A stretch of DNA of 32,000 nt. It comes from Delftia acidovorans NBRC 14950 (GTDB lineage Bacteria > Pseudomonadota > Gammaproteobacteria > Burkholderiales > Burkholderiaceae_C). The position numbers and the translations under genes are program-made. Shown here piece by piece: positions 19,387-27,710 of this stretch; position 1 is the stretch's first letter, and every line of letters begins with the position of its first letter. The stretch lies in the NCBI RefSeq assembly GCF_001598795.1, contig NZ_BCZP01000003.1, positions 270,001 through 302,000 on the forward strand, given 5' to 3'. A model generated the notes under the pieces. That model worked only from the letters and a program-made list of their open reading frames with translations, was not told the origin of the DNA and did no database searches.

Positions 19387-19857
19387 CTATTCCACGGGCA
19401 GCCCCGCCAGTTGCCCCTTGAACTCCTGCAGCGAGAAATGCGTGTGCACCTGGCGCACGCCGGGCAGCCGGTGCAGGCGGGTGAGCAGCAGATCCGAATA
19501 GGCATCGAGATCGCGCGCCACGACGACCAGCAGGAAGTCCTCCGGCCCCGAGATGCCGTGGAACATCACGACCTCGGGAATGGCGCAGACCGCTTCCTGG
19601 AAGTGGCGCGATGACTCCTCGTTCTGATGGTCTATGCCCACCATCACGAAGGCCAGCACGCCAAAGCCGATGGCGCGCCGGCTCAGCGCGGCGTGGTAGC
19701 CGGTGATCACGCCCTCATCCTCCAGCCGCTTGATGCGCCGCCACGACGGCGATTGCGACAAGTGCACGCGTTGCGCCAATTCGCCCGAGGTCAGCCGCGC
19801 GTTGTCCTGCAAGGCGCGGATCAGCAGCCGGTCCGTTCTGTCGATCTCGATTGACAT
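19387..19857 (-). CDS. Lrp/AsnC family transcriptional regulator (KynR-like by context)
   Basis: MSIEIDRTDRLLIRALQDNARLTSGELAQRVHLSQSPSWRRIKRLEDEGVITGY is the AsnC-type wHTH. A RAM/ACT-like C-terminal domain follows. AGGTGG (SD) lies upstream of the ATG. The gene is divergent from the permease-aminotransferase-kynA operon. Confidence 0.9.
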   Translation of the reverse strand: MSIEIDRTDRLLIRALQDNARLTSGELAQRVHLSQSPSWRRIKRLEDEGVITGYHAALSRRAIGFGVLAFVMVGIDHQNEESSRHFQEAVCAIPEVVMFHGISGPEDFLLVVVARDLDAYSDLLLTRLHRLPGVRQVHTHFSLQEFKGQLAGLPVE

Positions 19858-19995
19858 AAACCACCTATGAATTCATGTTTCACAGAATAACTTATCCAAG
19901 ATCAAGCGCATTTAGGGATAACTACTAAACGCCCTGCGAAGGCCGTAACTAGCATCCGCCTCCGAAGCCCCCCACAGCAACGGAGACAACAACCC

Positions 19996-21429
19996 ATGCC
20001 AGCCTTCGAAGACATCGTCCAGCGCGAAGCCGGACTCCAACAGCAGCTGTCCGCCGGACAGATGACCATGATCGCCATCGGCGGTGCCGTCGGCACCGGC
20101 CTGTTCCTGGGCAGCGGCTTTGCCATCGGCTTCGCCGGGCCCAGCGTGCTGATCAGCTATGCCATCGGCGCGGTGATCTCGCTGCTGCTGATGGGCTGCC
20201 TGGCCGAGATGACGGTGGCCCACCCGACCTCGGGCTCGTTCGGCGCCTATGCCGAGCACTACATCGCCCCCTGGGCCGGCTTCGTGGTGCGCTATGCCTA
20301 CTGGGCCTGCGTGGTGCTGGCCGTGGGCACCGAGGTGACGGCCGTGGGCCTGTACATGGGCTACTGGTTCCCCGAGGTGCCGCGCTGGGCCTGGGTGGTG
20401 ATCTTCTCGGGCGCGCTGATCGGCGTGAACATGATGAGCGTCAAGGCCTTCGGCGCCGTGGAGTACAGCTTCTCCATGATCAAGATCATCGCCATCGTGG
20501 CCTTCATCGTGGTGGGCGCCTGGGTGGTGTTCGGCACCCGGCCGGCCGGCGTGGGCTTTGCCAACTACGTCAACAACGGCGGCTTCTTCCCCAACGGCCT
20601 GTGGGGCACCTGGGTGGGCGTGATCATCGCCATCTTCAGCTACCTGAGCATCGAGATGATCGCCGTGGCCGCTGGCGAGGCCAAGGACCCGCAGCGCGCA
20701 GTCACCAGCGCCTTCCGCTCCACCATGGTGCGCCTGGTGGTGTTCTACCTGGCCACGATTGCGCTGATGCTGGCCATCGTGCCGTGGTCGGCCGCCGGCA
20801 AGGACGGCAGCCCCTTCGTCAAGGTGATGGAGATCATCGGCCTGCCCGGTGCGGCCAGCGTGGTCAATTTCGTGGTGCTGGTGGCTGCCCTGTCGGCCAT
20901 GAACAGCCAGCTGTACATCACCACCCGCATGATGTTCAGCCTCTCGCGCGCCGGCCATGCGCCCGCCGTGCTGGGCCGCGTGAACTCGCGCGGCGTGCCT
21001 CTGCCGGCGCTGCTGCTGTCCTGCCTGGGCATTGCCGTGGCCACGCTGTTCAACATCGTCAACCCCGAGCAGTCCTTCATGCTGATGATGGCCGTGGCCA
21101 TGTTCGGCGCCATGTTCACGTGGTTCATGATTTTCGTGACCCACCTGTTCTTCCGCATCCACTGGGTGCGCCAGGGCAACAAGCCGCTGGCCTTTCGCAT
21201 GTGGGGCTTCCCGGTGCTGACGCTTCTGGGCGCGGCTCTGATGCTGGCCGCCCTGGTGTCCACGCTGTTCACCGACGTGTTCCGCCTGACCGTGCTCACC
21301 GGCCTGCCCTTCCTGCTGCTGCTGGCCGCCATCTACGCCATCTGGTACCGCAAGCCGGCCGGCCAGCCCGCCCCTCAGACCCAAACCTCAGCCCAAGCCC
21401 AAGCGCAAGCCCAGGTTCCCGCCCGGTGA
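19996..21429 (+). CDS. APC-superfamily amino acid permease (copy 1; aromatic amino acid/Trp uptake inferred from context)
   Basis: LSAGQMTMIAIGGAVGTGLFLGSG is the AAT-family signature. The protein has about 12 TM segments. It is roughly 80% identical by eye to the permease at 25621..27009. Confidence 0.9.
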   Translation: MPAFEDIVQREAGLQQQLSAGQMTMIAIGGAVGTGLFLGSGFAIGFAGPSVLISYAIGAVISLLLMGCLAEMTVAHPTSGSFGAYAEHYIAPWAGFVVRYAYWACVVLAVGTEVTAVGLYMGYWFPEVPRWAWVVIFSGALIGVNMMSVKAFGAVEYSFSMIKIIAIVAFIVVGAWVVFGTRPAGVGFANYVNNGGFFPNGLWGTWVGVIIAIFSYLSIEMIAVAAGEAKDPQRAVTSAFRSTMVRLVVFYLATIALMLAIVPWSAAGKDGSPFVKVMEIIGLPGAASVVNFVVLVAALSAMNSQLYITTRMMFSLSRAGHAPAVLGRVNSRGVPLPALLLSCLGIAVATLFNIVNPEQSFMLMMAVAMFGAMFTWFMIFVTHLFFRIHWVRQGNKPLAFRMWGFPVLTLLGAALMLAALVSTLFTDVFRLTVLTGLPFLLLLAAIYAIWYRKPAGQPAPQTQTSAQAQAQAQVPAR

Positions 21430-21465
21430 CATCCGGCCTCCCGTTTTTCTCCCTCCCTTAGAAAT

Positions 21466-22710
21466 ATGACGACTCTTGCCCCCCTCGATACTGCCCGCGC
21501 CTCGATGTTCAGCCACGTCCCGCCCTACCCCGGAGATCCCATCCTGTCGCTGATGGAAGCCTTTCAGCAGGACCCGCGCACCGACAAGGTCAGCCTGAGC
21601 ATCGGCCTGTATTTCGACGAGGCCGGCCGCCTGCCCGTGCTGGACTCCGTGCGCCAGGCTGGCGATGCCCTGGCCCGCGAGCAAAGCCCCAGCGGCTACC
21701 TGCCCATCGAAGGCATTGCTCCCTACCGCCAGCTGGTGCAGAGCCTGGTGTTCGGCGCTGAGCACGAGGCCGTGCGCGCGCAGCGCATCGCCACCGTGCA
21801 GACCCTGGGCGGCTCGGGCGCGCTCAAGCTGGGCGCGGACTTCATCAAGCACTATTTCCCCGACGCCGAGGTCTGGCTCAGCGATCCCACCTGGGACAAC
21901 CATCTGGCCATCTTCCAGGGCGCGGGACTGCGCACCCACAGCTACCCCTACTACGACGCGGCCACGGGCAGCCTGCGCTTCGACGCCATGCTGCAGACAC
22001 TGCGAGAACTGCCCTCGGGCAGCGTGGTGCTGCTGCATGCCAGCTGTCACAACCCCACGGGCGTGGATCTGTCGCGCGAGCAGTGGCAGCAACTCATTCC
22101 GGTGATCGTGGAGCGCGGCCTGATCCCCTTCGTGGACATGGCCTATCAGGGCTTTGGCGATGGGCTCGATGAAGACGCCTGGTCCGTGCGCGCCCTGGCC
22201 GATGCGGGCGCCCAGGCCTTCGTGGCCAATTCGTTTTCCAAGAACTTCTCGCTGTATGGCGAACGCGTGGGCGGCCTCAGCGTGGTCTGCAACGACGCGG
22301 CCACGGCCGGCAATGTGCTGGGCCAGCTCAAGGCCACGGTGCGCAGCAACTATTCCTCGCCCCCCACCCGTGGCGCGCGCCTGGTGCAGCAGGTGCTGGC
22401 GTCGCCCGAGCTGAGCGCCCAATGGGCGCAGGAGCTGGCGCAGATGCGCGGGCGCATCAAGGACATGCGCGCCCAGCTGCACGGCGCGCTGCATGAACGC
22501 TTTGGCGGGCGGCGCGACTTCGGCTTCCTGCTGACCCAGCGCGGCATGTTCAGCTACACAGGCATCAGCGAGCCCCAGGTCCACCGCCTGCGCGACGAGC
22601 ACGGCGTGTACCTGATCCGCTCGGGCCGCATGTGCATGTCGGGCCTGTCCGGCGCCAACGTGCAGTACGTGGCCGACGCCATCGCCACGGTGCTGGAGGC
22701 ACCGCAATGA
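21466..22710 (+). CDS. Aromatic/aspartate aminotransferase (class I PLP, TyrB/AspC family)
   Basis: The protein aligns along its whole length with E. coli TyrB as I recall it. Matching segments include [54 protein letters not shown] and [21 protein letters not shown] contains the PLP Lys. RGMFSYTG is also present. The family-typical N-terminus starts at Met14 (ATG 21505), which may be the true start. The stop overlaps the kynA ATG (ATGA). Confidence 0.9.
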   Translation: MTTLAPLDTARASMFSHVPPYPGDPILSLMEAFQQDPRTDKVSLSIGLYFDEAGRLPVLDSVRQAGDALAREQSPSGYLPIEGIAPYRQLVQSLVFGAEHEAVRAQRIATVQTLGGSGALKLGADFIKHYFPDAEVWLSDPTWDNHLAIFQGAGLRTHSYPYYDAATGSLRFDAMLQTLRELPSGSVVLLHASCHNPTGVDLSREQWQQLIPVIVERGLIPFVDMAYQGFGDGLDEDAWSVRALADAGAQAFVANSFSKNFSLYGERVGGLSVVCNDAATAGNVLGQLKATVRSNYSSPPTRGARLVQQVLASPELSAQWAQELAQMRGRIKDMRAQLHGALHERFGGRRDFGFLLTQRGMFSYTGISEPQVHRLRDEHGVYLIRSGRMCMSGLSGANVQYVADAIATVLEAPQ

Positions 22711-23567
22711 GCGGCTGCCCCGTCCATGGCGGGCTGACCGAGCGCATCGTCGCCGAGGAAAGGGCGCAGCTGGATTTCAGCCAGTCCATGAGCTATGGCG
22801 ACTATCTGCAGCTGGACGCCATCCTCGGCGCACAGCAACTGCTGTCGCCCACGCATGACGAGCTGCTGTTCATCATCCAGCACCAGACCAGCGAACTGTG
22901 GATGAAGCTCATGCTGCACGAGCTGGGCGCAGCCACGGCCGCCGTGGCGGCCGACCGCCATGCAGATGCCTTCAAGATGCTGGCCCGCGTGAGCCGCATC
23001 ATGGAGCAGTTGGTGGGCGCCTGGTCCGTGCTGGCCACCATGACGCCTACCGAGTACACGGCCATGCGCCCGTATCTCGCCAGCTCCAGCGGCTTCCAGA
23101 GCTACCAGTACCGCTGCATCGAGTTCGCGCTGGGCAACAAGAACGCCGCCATGCTCCAGCCCCATGCCCACCGCCCCGACCTGCTGGCCCGGGTGGATGC
23201 CGCATGGCGCGCACCTTCCCTGTACGACGAGGCCCTGCGCCTGCTGGCACGCCAGGGGCTGGCCATTCCTGCCGGGCACCTGGAGCGCGACTGGACCCTG
23301 CCCTACACGGCCAGCCCCGAGGTCGAGGCTGCCTGGGCTCAGGTCTACCGCGACCCGCAGTCGCACTGGGACCTGTACCAGCTCGGCGAAAAGCTCGCCG
23401 ACATCGAGGACGCCTTCCGCCTGTGGCGCTTCCGCCACCTGACCACGGTGGAGCGCGTCATCGGCTTCAAGCGCGGCACAGGCGGCACCGGTGGTGTCAG
23501 CTACCTGCGCAAGATGCTGGACGTGGTGCTGTTCCCCGAAATCTGGTCCGTGAGAACCGCGCTGTAA
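22707..23567 (+). CDS. kynA: Tryptophan 2,3-dioxygenase (copy 1)
   Basis: The protein reads MSGCPVHGG...[34 protein letters not shown] carries the distal His. GFQSYQYR is present. [31 protein letters not shown] carries the proximal His. This is the bacterial TDO signature. The ATG at 22707 is in frame with track ORF 22632..23567. Confidence 0.92.
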   Translation: MSGCPVHGGLTERIVAEERAQLDFSQSMSYGDYLQLDAILGAQQLLSPTHDELLFIIQHQTSELWMKLMLHELGAATAAVAADRHADAFKMLARVSRIMEQLVGAWSVLATMTPTEYTAMRPYLASSSGFQSYQYRCIEFALGNKNAAMLQPHAHRPDLLARVDAAWRAPSLYDEALRLLARQGLAIPAGHLERDWTLPYTASPEVEAAWAQVYRDPQSHWDLYQLGEKLADIEDAFRLWRFRHLTTVERVIGFKRGTGGTGGVSYLRKMLDVVLFPEIWSVRTAL

Positions 23568-23607
23568 GGCCTTCCGCCTGACAACAACCACCAAGAACCA
23601 AGACACC

Positions 23608-23985
23608 ATGAAGCAAATCATCGACGTGGGACTGCCGCCGCTCAAGCAGCCCTTCTCCTGGGCCGTCAAGGCCAGCGGCCAGATGCTGTTCACGGCCCAC
23701 GGCCCCGTGCGGCCCGACGGCAGCATCGACACCGGCCCCATCGAGCAGCAGGCGCGCCTGACCTTCACCAACCTGCGCAATGCGCTGCAGGCCGCAGGCG
23801 GCACGCTGGCGCATGTGACCCAGGTGCTGATCTACATGACCGACGTGGCCGACATGCCGGCCATCGACGCCGTGTACCGCGAGTTCTTCGAGGCGCCCTA
23901 CCCCAACCGCTCCAGCATGGGGATTTCGGCGCTGGTGGTGCCGGGCATGAAGCTGGAGATCGTGGCCTACGCCATGCTCCCCTAG
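23608..23985 (+). CDS. RidA/YjgF/TdcF-family protein (putative reactive enamine/imine deaminase)
   Basis: The protein is 125 aa. FSWAVKASGQMLFTAHG...QARLTFTNLRNALQAAGGTLAHVTQVLIYMTD...YREFFEAPYPNRSSMGISALVVPGMKLEI fits the family. The Arg in the PxRS motif, equivalent to the catalytic Arg105 of RidA, is retained. Confidence 0.85.
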   Translation: MKQIIDVGLPPLKQPFSWAVKASGQMLFTAHGPVRPDGSIDTGPIEQQARLTFTNLRNALQAAGGTLAHVTQVLIYMTDVADMPAIDAVYREFFEAPYPNRSSMGISALVVPGMKLEIVAYAMLP

Positions 23986-24090
23986 AGGATGTGACGGACA
24001 TGCCGGCGCCCCGCAATTGCGTTCAATACAGGGGCGGCGTGCGGGACGAGACTGCGGGCCTTGTGCAGTCCTGCGTCCGCGCGAAATCTC

Positions 24091-24711
24091 ATGTCCTCCT
24101 CGCTGCTCGCCATGGGCGTCTTCACCCTCGTCGGCGCCATCACGCCCGGCCCCGTCAATGTGCTGGCCCTGCGCCATGGCGCGGCCCGGTCGCGCCTGGT
24201 CTCGGGCGCCTATGTGCTGGGCGCCAGCGCCAGCTATGCGGCCGTGGTATGGGTCATGGGCCAGGGCGCACAGTGGCTGCTGCAGACGCTGCCGCAACTG
24301 TCCACGGCCGCACAGTGGCTGTGCGCCGCCTATCTGCTGTGGCTGGCCTGGCGGCTGGCCAACGCGCCTGTGGGCCAGGCCGGTGCGCAGCAGCAGGCCG
24401 GATCGCAGCGCCCGCTGCAGGCCCTGCTGCAAGCGCTGTTGCAGGGCACGGCCGTGCAGACGCTCAACCCCAAGGCCTGGCTGGTGGCGCTGGCCGGCGT
24501 GGGCCTGTTCGTGCTGCCCCACGCGAATGCCCCATGGGCGCTGCTGCAGTTTTGCGCCATCTCGCTGCTGGCCTGCCTGGTGGGGGTCGGCAGCTGGGCG
24601 CTGCTGGGGCAGCTGCTTTCGGGCTGGCTGCGCACCGAACGCCGCCAGCGCCTGTTCCACCGCCTGCTGGCCCTGCTGCTGGTCGCCAGCGTGGCGGCCA
24701 TGCTGGCATGA
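24091..24711 (+). CDS. LysE-family amino acid / metabolite exporter
   Basis: MSSSLLAMGVFTLVGAITPGPVNVLAL is the LysE/RhtB N-terminal TPGP motif. The protein is about 206 aa with 5-6 TM segments, and LNPKAWL is present. The ATG at 24091 lies inside track ORF 24061..24711, which begins at a TTG. Confidence 0.8.
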   Translation: MSSSLLAMGVFTLVGAITPGPVNVLALRHGAARSRLVSGAYVLGASASYAAVVWVMGQGAQWLLQTLPQLSTAAQWLCAAYLLWLAWRLANAPVGQAGAQQQAGSQRPLQALLQALLQGTAVQTLNPKAWLVALAGVGLFVLPHANAPWALLQFCAISLLACLVGVGSWALLGQLLSGWLRTERRQRLFHRLLALLLVASVAAMLA

Positions 24712-24723
24712 TGGCTGGCCGCC

Positions 24724-25509
24724 ATGACTTCAACCTCTCCCCACCGATTCCACCGCCATCCGGCCGCCCCCTGGGCCGAGCTGCGCGACAGTGCGCGCTC
24801 ACCGCATTGCTTTCGGCTGCACATGCATGCCGAGTATTCGATCGGCATCGTGGACGCGGGCCGTACCGTGTTCCACCATGCCCACGGCCCGCAGCCTGTG
24901 GAGGCGGGCGGCGTGGTGCTGATCGAGCCCGGCGCCTGGCATGCCTGCAATCCCGACCCTGGCGCGCCGTGGTCCTACCGCATGTTGTTTGTCGATGCCG
25001 ACTGGCTGCACGCGCGGCTGGGCGTGGCCGCGCTGCGCTTTCCCCGGCGCACGCTCACGGATGCGGACATCGCCGGCCTGGTGGATGGCCTGTGCCGCCC
25101 CGTCGATGGCACGGCGGCCGCCGACCGCCTGGCCCTGGGCCTGGAGCACCTGCTGGACCGCTGTGCCCAGCCCGCAGCCTTGCCCCTGCCCGGCGATGCG
25201 GCGGCCCTGGCCCCCGCACTGCAGCGCCTTCATGCAGGACCCGATGCGGGCCTGACCGTGCAGTCCCTGGCCCAGGAGTGCGGCATGAGCGCCACGCGCT
25301 TCATCCGCCGCTTCAAGGCGGCCACGGGCTTGACGCCTGGCAGCTACCGCCTGAACCTGCGCATCAACGGCGCGCGCCGCCTGCTGGCCACGGGCGCAGC
25401 GCTGTCCGAGGCCGCCTATGCCATGGGCTTTGCCGACCAGGCGCACCTGCAGCGCGCCTTCAAGGCCCACCATGCGCTGACGCCGGGCTGCTACGCACGC
25501 GGCGCCTAG
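24724..25509 (+). CDS. AraC-family transcriptional regulator with N-terminal cupin-type sensor domain
   Basis: The N-terminal part has cupin-like features (HMHAEYSIGIV...GGVVLIEPGAWHA). The C-terminal double HTH reads LTVQSLAQECGMSATRFIRRFKAATGLTPGSYRLNLRINGARRLL...SEAAYAMGFADQAHLQRAFKAHHALTPGCY. Confidence 0.85.
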   Translation: MTSTSPHRFHRHPAAPWAELRDSARSPHCFRLHMHAEYSIGIVDAGRTVFHHAHGPQPVEAGGVVLIEPGAWHACNPDPGAPWSYRMLFVDADWLHARLGVAALRFPRRTLTDADIAGLVDGLCRPVDGTAAADRLALGLEHLLDRCAQPAALPLPGDAAALAPALQRLHAGPDAGLTVQSLAQECGMSATRFIRRFKAATGLTPGSYRLNLRINGARRLLATGAALSEAAYAMGFADQAHLQRAFKAHHALTPGCYARGA

Positions 25510-25620
25510 GCCGGTACCTGGGCCGGACCCTCCCATGGTTTTGCAGCGGCCAGCCCGGGGCCGGCGGTGAAAGCGCAGATACTTACGCCTTCCGCTTTCA
25601 GTCCCCACCTGCCGCGCACC

Positions 25621-27009
25621 ATGGCCGCCTTCCAAGACATTCAGCAACGAGAAACCGGCCTGCGCCAGCAGCTGTCCGCCGCCCAGATGGTGATGATCGC
25701 CATTGGCGGCGCCATCGGCACCGGCCTGTTCATGGGCAGCGCCTTCGCCATCGGCTTCGCCGGGCCCAGCGTGCTGGTCAGCTATGCCATCGGCGCGCTG
25801 ATCTCGCTGCTGCTGATGGGCTGCCTGGCCGAGATGACGGTGGCCCACCCGACCTCGGGCTCGTTCGGCGCCTATGCCGAGCACTACATCAGCCCCCTGG
25901 CCGGCTTCATGGTCCGCTATGCCTACTGGGCCGCCGTGGTGCTGGCCGTGGGCATGGAGGTGACGGCCATAGGCATCTACATGGGCTACTGGTTCCCGGA
26001 CGTGCCGCGCTGGATCTGGGTGCTGGTGTTCTCGGGCGCGCTGGTGGCCGTCAACGCCAGCAGCGTCAAGGCCTTCGGCCAGGTGGAGTACGGCTTTTCC
26101 ATGGTCAAGATCATCGCCATCGTGGCCTTCATCCTGATCGGCGCCTGGGTGGTGTTCGGCTCGCAGCCCCAGGGCATCGGCTTTTTCAACTACACGGCCG
26201 ATGGCGGCTTCTTCCCCAAGGGCCTGTGGGGCACCTGGGTGGCCGTGATCATCGCCATCTTCAGCTACCTGAGCCTGGAGGCCGTGGCCGTGGCGGCCGG
26301 CGAGGCCGAGGACCCCAAGCGCGCCATCACCCGGGCCTTTCGCACCACCATGGCGCGCCTGGTGATCTTCTACCTGGCCACGATCGCGCTGATGCTGGCC
26401 ATCGTGCCCTGGCAGCAGGCCGGCACGGACAAGAGCCCCTTCGTGAAGGTGATGGAGATCATCGGCATCCCGGGCGCTGCCAGCATCATCAACTTCGTGG
26501 TGCTGGTGGCCGCGCTGTCGGCCATGAACAGCCAGCTGTATGTGACCTCGCGCATGATGTTCAGCCTGTCGCGCGGCGGCTATGCGCCCTCGGTGTTCGG
26601 GCGGTTGAACAGCCGGGGCGTGCCCGTGGCGGCGATTGCCATCTCCTGCCTGGGCATTGCCGTGGCCGTGGCCGTGAACCTGTGGAAGCCCGAAGGCTCG
26701 CTGCTGTGGATGATGTCCGTGTCCATGTTCGGCGCCATGTTCACCTGGTTCATGATCTTCGTGACCCATCTGTTCTTCCGCGCGCGCTGGTCGCGCGAGC
26801 ATCCGGGCCAGCGCCTGCAGTTCCGCATGTGGGGCTTTCCGCTGTTCACGCTGGCCGGCGCCGCGCTGATGCTGGGCGTGATCGTCACCACCTATTTCAC
26901 CGAGGTCTTCCACATGACGCTGCTCACGGGCCTGCCCTTCCTGGGCCTGCTGGCCCTGGTGTATGCGCTGTGGTACCGGCCCCGCGCACAAGCGCGCAAG
27001 AAGGACTGA
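25621..27009 (+). CDS. APC-superfamily amino acid permease (copy 2), first gene of the permease-kynB-kynU operon
   Basis: MAAFQDIQQRETGLRQQLSAAQMVMIAIGGAIGTGLFMGSA... is a paralog of 19996..21429. The ATG at 25621 aligns with the copy-1 start, whereas the track ORF begins at an upstream GTG (25567). kynB starts 4 nt after its stop. Confidence 0.9.
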   Translation: MAAFQDIQQRETGLRQQLSAAQMVMIAIGGAIGTGLFMGSAFAIGFAGPSVLVSYAIGALISLLLMGCLAEMTVAHPTSGSFGAYAEHYISPLAGFMVRYAYWAAVVLAVGMEVTAIGIYMGYWFPDVPRWIWVLVFSGALVAVNASSVKAFGQVEYGFSMVKIIAIVAFILIGAWVVFGSQPQGIGFFNYTADGGFFPKGLWGTWVAVIIAIFSYLSLEAVAVAAGEAEDPKRAITRAFRTTMARLVIFYLATIALMLAIVPWQQAGTDKSPFVKVMEIIGIPGAASIINFVVLVAALSAMNSQLYVTSRMMFSLSRGGYAPSVFGRLNSRGVPVAAIAISCLGIAVAVAVNLWKPEGSLLWMMSVSMFGAMFTWFMIFVTHLFFRARWSREHPGQRLQFRMWGFPLFTLAGAALMLGVIVTTYFTEVFHMTLLTGLPFLGLLALVYALWYRPRAQARKKD

Positions 27010-27013
27010 AGCC

Positions 27014-27643
27014 ATGACCCGCAGACTCTGGGACATCTCCCCGGCCGTGCAGGCCGCCAGCCCCGTCTTTCCCGGCGACACGGCCTACAGCCAGCAATGG
27101 TGCGCCACCATCGGGCCGGGCTGCCCGGTCAATGTCAGCGCCATCACGCTGTCGCCCCATGTGGGAGCGCATGCCGATGCACCGCTGCACTATGACGCCG
27201 ACGGGGCATCCATCGGCAACGTGGATCTCGACGCCTTCCTCGGCCCCTGCCGCGTGATCCATGCCATCGGCAAGGGACCGCTGGTCGAATGGGAGCACAT
27301 CGCCCACGCCGTGGACCATCTTCCGGCACGCGTGCTGGTGCGCACCTACGAGCGCGCCCCCACCACCTGGGACCAGGAACTGGCCGCCTATGCACCGGCC
27401 ACGGTGGAGCGGCTGGCCGACCTGGGCGTGAAGCTCATCGGCATTGACACCGCCAGCATCGATCCGGCCAGCAGCAAGAGCCTGGACAGCCACCAGGTGA
27501 TCCGCCGGCGCGGCCTGCGCGTGCTGGAGAACCTGGTGCTGGACGAGGTGGCCGAGGGCGACTACGAGCTCATCGCCCTGCCGCTCAAGCTGGTCGAGGC
27601 CGATGCCTCGCCCGTGCGCGCCGTGCTGCGCGCCCTGGCCTGA
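27014..27643 (+). CDS. kynB: Kynurenine formamidase (arylformamidase)
   Basis: The protein reads MTRRLWDISPAVQAASPVFPGDTAY. LSPHVGAHADAPLHY carries the HxGTHxDxPxH-type metal motif of the cyclase/KynB family. LIGIDTASID is present. The protein is 209 aa and lies between a permease and kynU. Confidence 0.88.
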   Translation: MTRRLWDISPAVQAASPVFPGDTAYSQQWCATIGPGCPVNVSAITLSPHVGAHADAPLHYDADGASIGNVDLDAFLGPCRVIHAIGKGPLVEWEHIAHAVDHLPARVLVRTYERAPTTWDQELAAYAPATVERLADLGVKLIGIDTASIDPASSKSLDSHQVIRRRGLRVLENLVLDEVAEGDYELIALPLKLVEADASPVRAVLRALA

Positions 27644-27710
27644 TCCCTGCCCGCATTGCGGCGCCGGCCCTGCCCGCGCCTTTCGCCTTTTCGATACCCA
27701 AGGAGACCCC

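Noticed and set aside
23991-27081. Two very long ORFs span this region: 1008 aa on the plus strand (23991..27017) and 760 aa on the minus strand (24799..27081).
   Set aside because: Both run through four independently well-supported genes (LysE, AraC, permease-2 and the kynB start) in other frames. Their Arg/Gly/Pro/Ala-dominated composition is typical of open off-frames in GC-rich DNA.
27645-27677. A 10-bp direct repeat, CCCTGCCCGC x2, lies in the kynB-kynU spacer and could be a regulatory element or attenuator.
   Set aside because: It is a short GC-rich repeat with no convincing hairpin plus T-run. The spacer is only 67 nt, and the strong SD in front of kynU fits simple operon read-through.
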